IMG/VR virus record: IMGVR_UViG_3300037484_000265
Span: 1 to 27,005 of that record
DNA from: a virus
Taxonomy: Duplodnaviria; Caudoviricetes
Reading direction: 5' to 3' (one strand)
DNA: 27,005 bases
Both the position numbers and the translations under genes were made by a program. The notes beneath the pieces were generated by a model. It was not told where the DNA came from, ran no database searches, and saw only the letters and a list, made by a program, of their open reading frames with translations. Below are positions 24,209-27,005 of this stretch, piece after piece; position 1 is the first letter of the stretch; the number at the start of each line of letters is the position of its first letter.

Positions 24209-25017
24209 AATTGAAATGCGAATGCGGTCATATTATTGAATATACTGAAAAAGATGTTATTTCTGGACATCGGTTGTTATGCGGGGATTCAACGGATTCG
24301 GATAGTGTGGCGAAGTTGATGAATGGACAGAAAGCAGATATAACATTTACTTCACCACCATATAACGCAGGGAATAACAGATTAGGTGGAAATAAGAACA
24401 AAACTGAATCAAAGTACGCTAATAGCAAAGATGATGATGTTGAACAATGGTTTGATCTTGTTTGTGCTTCATCCGGACTTGCAATACAACACTCAATATT
24501 TGCATTTATAAATGTTCAACAACTCGCAAACAACAAATTTCGATTCATTGACTATTTGCATTTTGTTAAAGAATGGTTTGTTGATGAAATGATTTGGTAT
24601 AAAGGCGAAGGGAATCCCGCATTAGCTCCGGGAGTTTTAAATAGCAGATTTGAGAAGATAATTATTTTAAAGAACGAAGCATTTCCATCAAGGGCAATCA
24701 ATACAGTAAAATTCAGAGGAACAATATCAAACGTATATCAAGGCGGTCAACAAACAAAAAACGAATATTCGCAGCATCACGCAGCAACATTCCCCGTTCA
24801 TCTTCCCGCACATTTCATAAATTCATTTACAATGCAATCTGTCTTGGATTTATTCATGGGAACAGGAACGACAATGGTAGCTGCAAATCAATTAAATCGG
24901 AAGTGTTACGGTATGGAGATTGACCCGAAATATTGTCAGGTAATAATTGATCGCATGAGAAAACTTGATCCTGAGATTGTGATTAAAAAGAATGGAGTGG
25001 TAATTGACAAAATCTGA
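24205..25017 (+). CDS. DNA amino-methyltransferase (beta class), C-terminal half of split ParB-MTase
   Basis: MKLKCECGH extension, then HRLLCGDST, TSPPY (IV), HAATFP, VLDLFMGTGTT (I), GMEIDPKYC.VI..R. Confidence 0.9.
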   Translation: MKLKCECGHIIEYTEKDVISGHRLLCGDSTDSDSVAKLMNGQKADITFTSPPYNAGNNRLGGNKNKTESKYANSKDDDVEQWFDLVCASSGLAIQHSIFAFINVQQLANNKFRFIDYLHFVKEWFVDEMIWYKGEGNPALAPGVLNSRFEKIIILKNEAFPSRAINTVKFRGTISNVYQGGQQTKNEYSQHHAATFPVHLPAHFINSFTMQSVLDLFMGTGTTMVAANQLNRKCYGMEIDPKYCQVIIDRMRKLDPEIVIKKNGVVIDKI

Positions 25018-25396
25018 CACTATAAAAAAGAAAGCAATGATCGAGGCGTTAGTCGATGCCTTGGGAATCGTTACCCTTGCCTGTAAGAAAGTCGGAATAG
25101 CAAGACAAACGCATTACGAATGGTATAAGACAGATGAGAATTACAAACAGGCTGTCGATGACGTTCTGGATGTTGCTCTCGACTTTGCTGAATCCATGTT
25201 ACATCAACGGATACAGGATAAGGATACTATCGCAATACTATTCTACCTGAAGACTAAAGGCAAGCGGCGGGGATATATCGAGCGGCAGGAATTTGATCAC
25301 TCCGGCATCCCGCAATCCCTGAACATCATTGTCGATAAGTCAGAGACCGCAGAGACTTTAAAGAAGCTCAAAAATGGAACCGGCAAAGTTGACTAA
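25004..25396 (+). CDS. terS: Terminase small subunit (HTH type)
   Basis: ACKKVGIARQTHYEW...D..Y, AES.L...I, AILFYLKTKG..RGY.ER. Overlaps terL; TTG start. Confidence 0.8.
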   Translation: MTKSDTIKKKAMIEALVDALGIVTLACKKVGIARQTHYEWYKTDENYKQAVDDVLDVALDFAESMLHQRIQDKDTIAILFYLKTKGKRRGYIERQEFDHSGIPQSLNIIVDKSETAETLKKLKNGTGKVD

Positions 25397-26564
25397 TGTA
25401 TTTCATCGAACCGGTGAGGCTCTTATCGCTGCTCTAAATGGAACCGGCCCCAGGCTGATTGTCAATGAGGGAGGACAAGGAAGTTCAAAGACGATCAGCA
25501 CAATTCAAGTCATTTACAACTGCCTGAAAGGGAGTGACCACAATCTGAAAACAACCTTTTGCAGCTATGCACTTCCGCATCTAAAACTCGGTGTTATCGC
25601 TGACTTTGATAATATCATTCTTCCGTCTTTTGGTGAAAATGTCGCGGCGATCAAATCAAATCCCGCACAACCGGCCTATCATATTAACAAGTCAGAGATC
25701 AACTGTTATGGTGTCGAGGGTAATATTGCAATGGCGCACGGTCCCCGCAGAGATATACTTTTCATCAATGAAATAAACCGGAAAATCACTTATGAGGTTT
25801 TCGATCATCTGTTTTCCAGGTCCCGGATAACGCTGGTCGATTATAACCCTGACTGTGAATTCTTTCTCCATGAGAAGGTCCTTCCGTTCATTCCTCACGT
25901 GAAGATCAACTCAACATTTTTGGATAATCCCTATCTACCGGCCGGGGAGTATAATAATATCCTGATGAAAAAGGATAACCCGAAGTTCGCCAACTGGTGG
26001 CGGGTTTACGGATTAGGACTGCTCGGTAAGTTCGAGGGTGCTATATTTCAGGACTGGCGTTACCTTCGTGCTGACGAACAGTGGCCCGATTACCTTCCTT
26101 ATGGCTTCGGTCTTGACTTCGGATTCTCTGACCCGGACGCACTTGTTAAGACGGCCATAGACACGAAGGCTAAAAAGATGTACTGGGACGAAAAGATATA
26201 TAAATCAGGTAACACGTTTCAGGATCTGAAAAACTTATTAACAGTTTATTGTCCACGCTCAGATCAGATCATTGCCGATTGTGCCGATGCCCGAATGATA
26301 GCGCAACTGAGGCCGTTTTTTAACATTAAGCCTGTTGATAAAAAGAAATGGACCATACCTGAGGCTTTGAAAATGATGCAGGACTATGAGCATATCATCA
26401 CGCCGGAAAGCGTCAACCTGTCAAAGGAATTCAGTAATTACGTTTGGTCTGATAAAAAAGCCGGTATTCCTATTGACGGCTTCTCGCATCTTATTGACGG
26501 CGGCCGTTACCGGTTCATGGAGACTATCACACACCCCAGAAGTCACCAGCAATGGCACGGATAA
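25374..26564 (+). CDS. terL: Terminase large subunit (PBSX/SPP1-like)
   Basis: Walker A GGQGSSKT, Walker B LFINE, DYNP, STFLDNPYL, nuclease GLDFG..DP and HLIDGGRY. Confidence 0.93.
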   Translation: MEPAKLTNVFHRTGEALIAALNGTGPRLIVNEGGQGSSKTISTIQVIYNCLKGSDHNLKTTFCSYALPHLKLGVIADFDNIILPSFGENVAAIKSNPAQPAYHINKSEINCYGVEGNIAMAHGPRRDILFINEINRKITYEVFDHLFSRSRITLVDYNPDCEFFLHEKVLPFIPHVKINSTFLDNPYLPAGEYNNILMKKDNPKFANWWRVYGLGLLGKFEGAIFQDWRYLRADEQWPDYLPYGFGLDFGFSDPDALVKTAIDTKAKKMYWDEKIYKSGNTFQDLKNLLTVYCPRSDQIIADCADARMIAQLRPFFNIKPVDKKKWTIPEALKMMQDYEHIITPESVNLSKEFSNYVWSDKKAGIPIDGFSHLIDGGRYRFMETITHPRSHQQWHG

Positions 26565-27005
26565 AATCACTCAGGAAGCTCACCCTCAGAGATATGATGT
26601 TCAGCTTCGGGGAGTATTCCGGTCTGCCTGACGGCCTTTCTGAGCTTCCGGTTCCTGAGGTAATTCAGATTGGCCGGGGTAAATACGCCATTCCAAAGGA
26701 CCTTAAAGAACTGGAAAAAAACATCTGTTACGGGCAAAGAATATTCCTCACGCAGAAGGAAAATGATGATTTCAGTTTAATCCTCAGGATCATAGATGGT
26801 TACTATTTCCCTGTCGTTACACGTAAAGCGTGGGATCAGGATAGTGCATTGTCGTTCGGTAAATTAGTTCTAACTTGCAGGGTCGAACAATTATATCCCG
26901 TCTCAATGCACCTGGTCAATTTAATTGCTGATCTGACTGGTAGGGAACAAAAGCTTCTGCACCGTGAGCCGTCAAAGATAGAGCTGGCTGCCGGGATCGA
27001 TAAAC
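26552..27005 (+). CDS. Hypothetical protein, 3'-truncated, possible tail assembly chaperone
   Basis: Open from ATG 26552 to the window end (MARIKSLRKL...ICYGQRI...EQKLLHREPSKIELAAGIDK). Overlaps the terL stop; not in ORF track. Confidence 0.7.
   Translation, partial: MARIKSLRKLTLRDMMFSFGEYSGLPDGLSELPVPEVIQIGRGKYAIPKDLKELEKNICYGQRIFLTQKENDDFSLILRIIDGYYFPVVTRKAWDQDSALSFGKLVLTCRVEQLYPVSMHLVNLIADLTGREQKLLHREPSKIELAAGIDK

Larger units (their letters stand above)
1..27005. mobile_element. Tailed phage/prophage genome segment, probable Bacteroidota host
   Basis: Portal, terminase, lysin, RecT/exonuclease and initiator/loader genes in modular, densely overlapping operons. No host housekeeping genes, integrase or att site seen. 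Confidence 0.95.

Noticed and set aside
23559-24267. Group I intron or intein explaining the HNH insertion
   Set aside because: Almost all of the insert is coding with no space for a ribozyme core, the base before the resumed motif is A rather than the terminal G, and stops plus a frame change exclude an intein.
23556-24267. T4 gene 60-style ribosomal bypass between matching GGA codons (23556 and 24265)
   Set aside because: No stop or hairpin right after the first GGA, the gap is about 700 nt, and the downstream ORF has its own coupled ATG.
1-27005. Terminal repeat or circular join (GATCGA near both ends)
   Set aside because: Only 6 bp match, the end ORFs are different genes, and capsid and tape-measure genes are missing.

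Overview
27 kb segment of a tailed dsDNA phage or prophage, probably infecting a Bacteroidota host (TAnnTTTG promoters, DUF5675-type lysin, DUF3873, FISUMP domain). Positions 1-8.8 kb (+) hold the end of a structural operon (probable tail tube, portal, head-tail connector, spike base, FISUMP protein, two FN3 fibre paralogs) and a lysis cassette. Positions 8.9-22.9 kb (-) hold an early/replication arm: NinG, DUF5131, glucosaminidase lipoprotein, beta-barrel protein, two DNA methyltransferases, DnaC-like loader, initiator with iteron-like repeats, HNH, RecT/RecE-like pair and many ATGA-coupled small ORFs. Positions 23.0-27.0 kb (+) hold the packaging module: ParB, HNH, MTase, TerS, TerL and a partial gene. 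Three observations stand out. (1) A ParB-MTase fusion gene is cut in two by an HNH endonuclease gene with no intron or intein, and each broken end carries a Cys-pair knuckle that could act as a zinc clasp. (2) A structured leader or small RNA at 15.7-15.8 kb has a loop antisense to a motif at the start codons of three early genes 6-7 kb away. (3) A C5 methyltransferase appears dual-coded, with motif IX in a nested +1 frame. All family assignments come from motif recognition by eye, not database searches.
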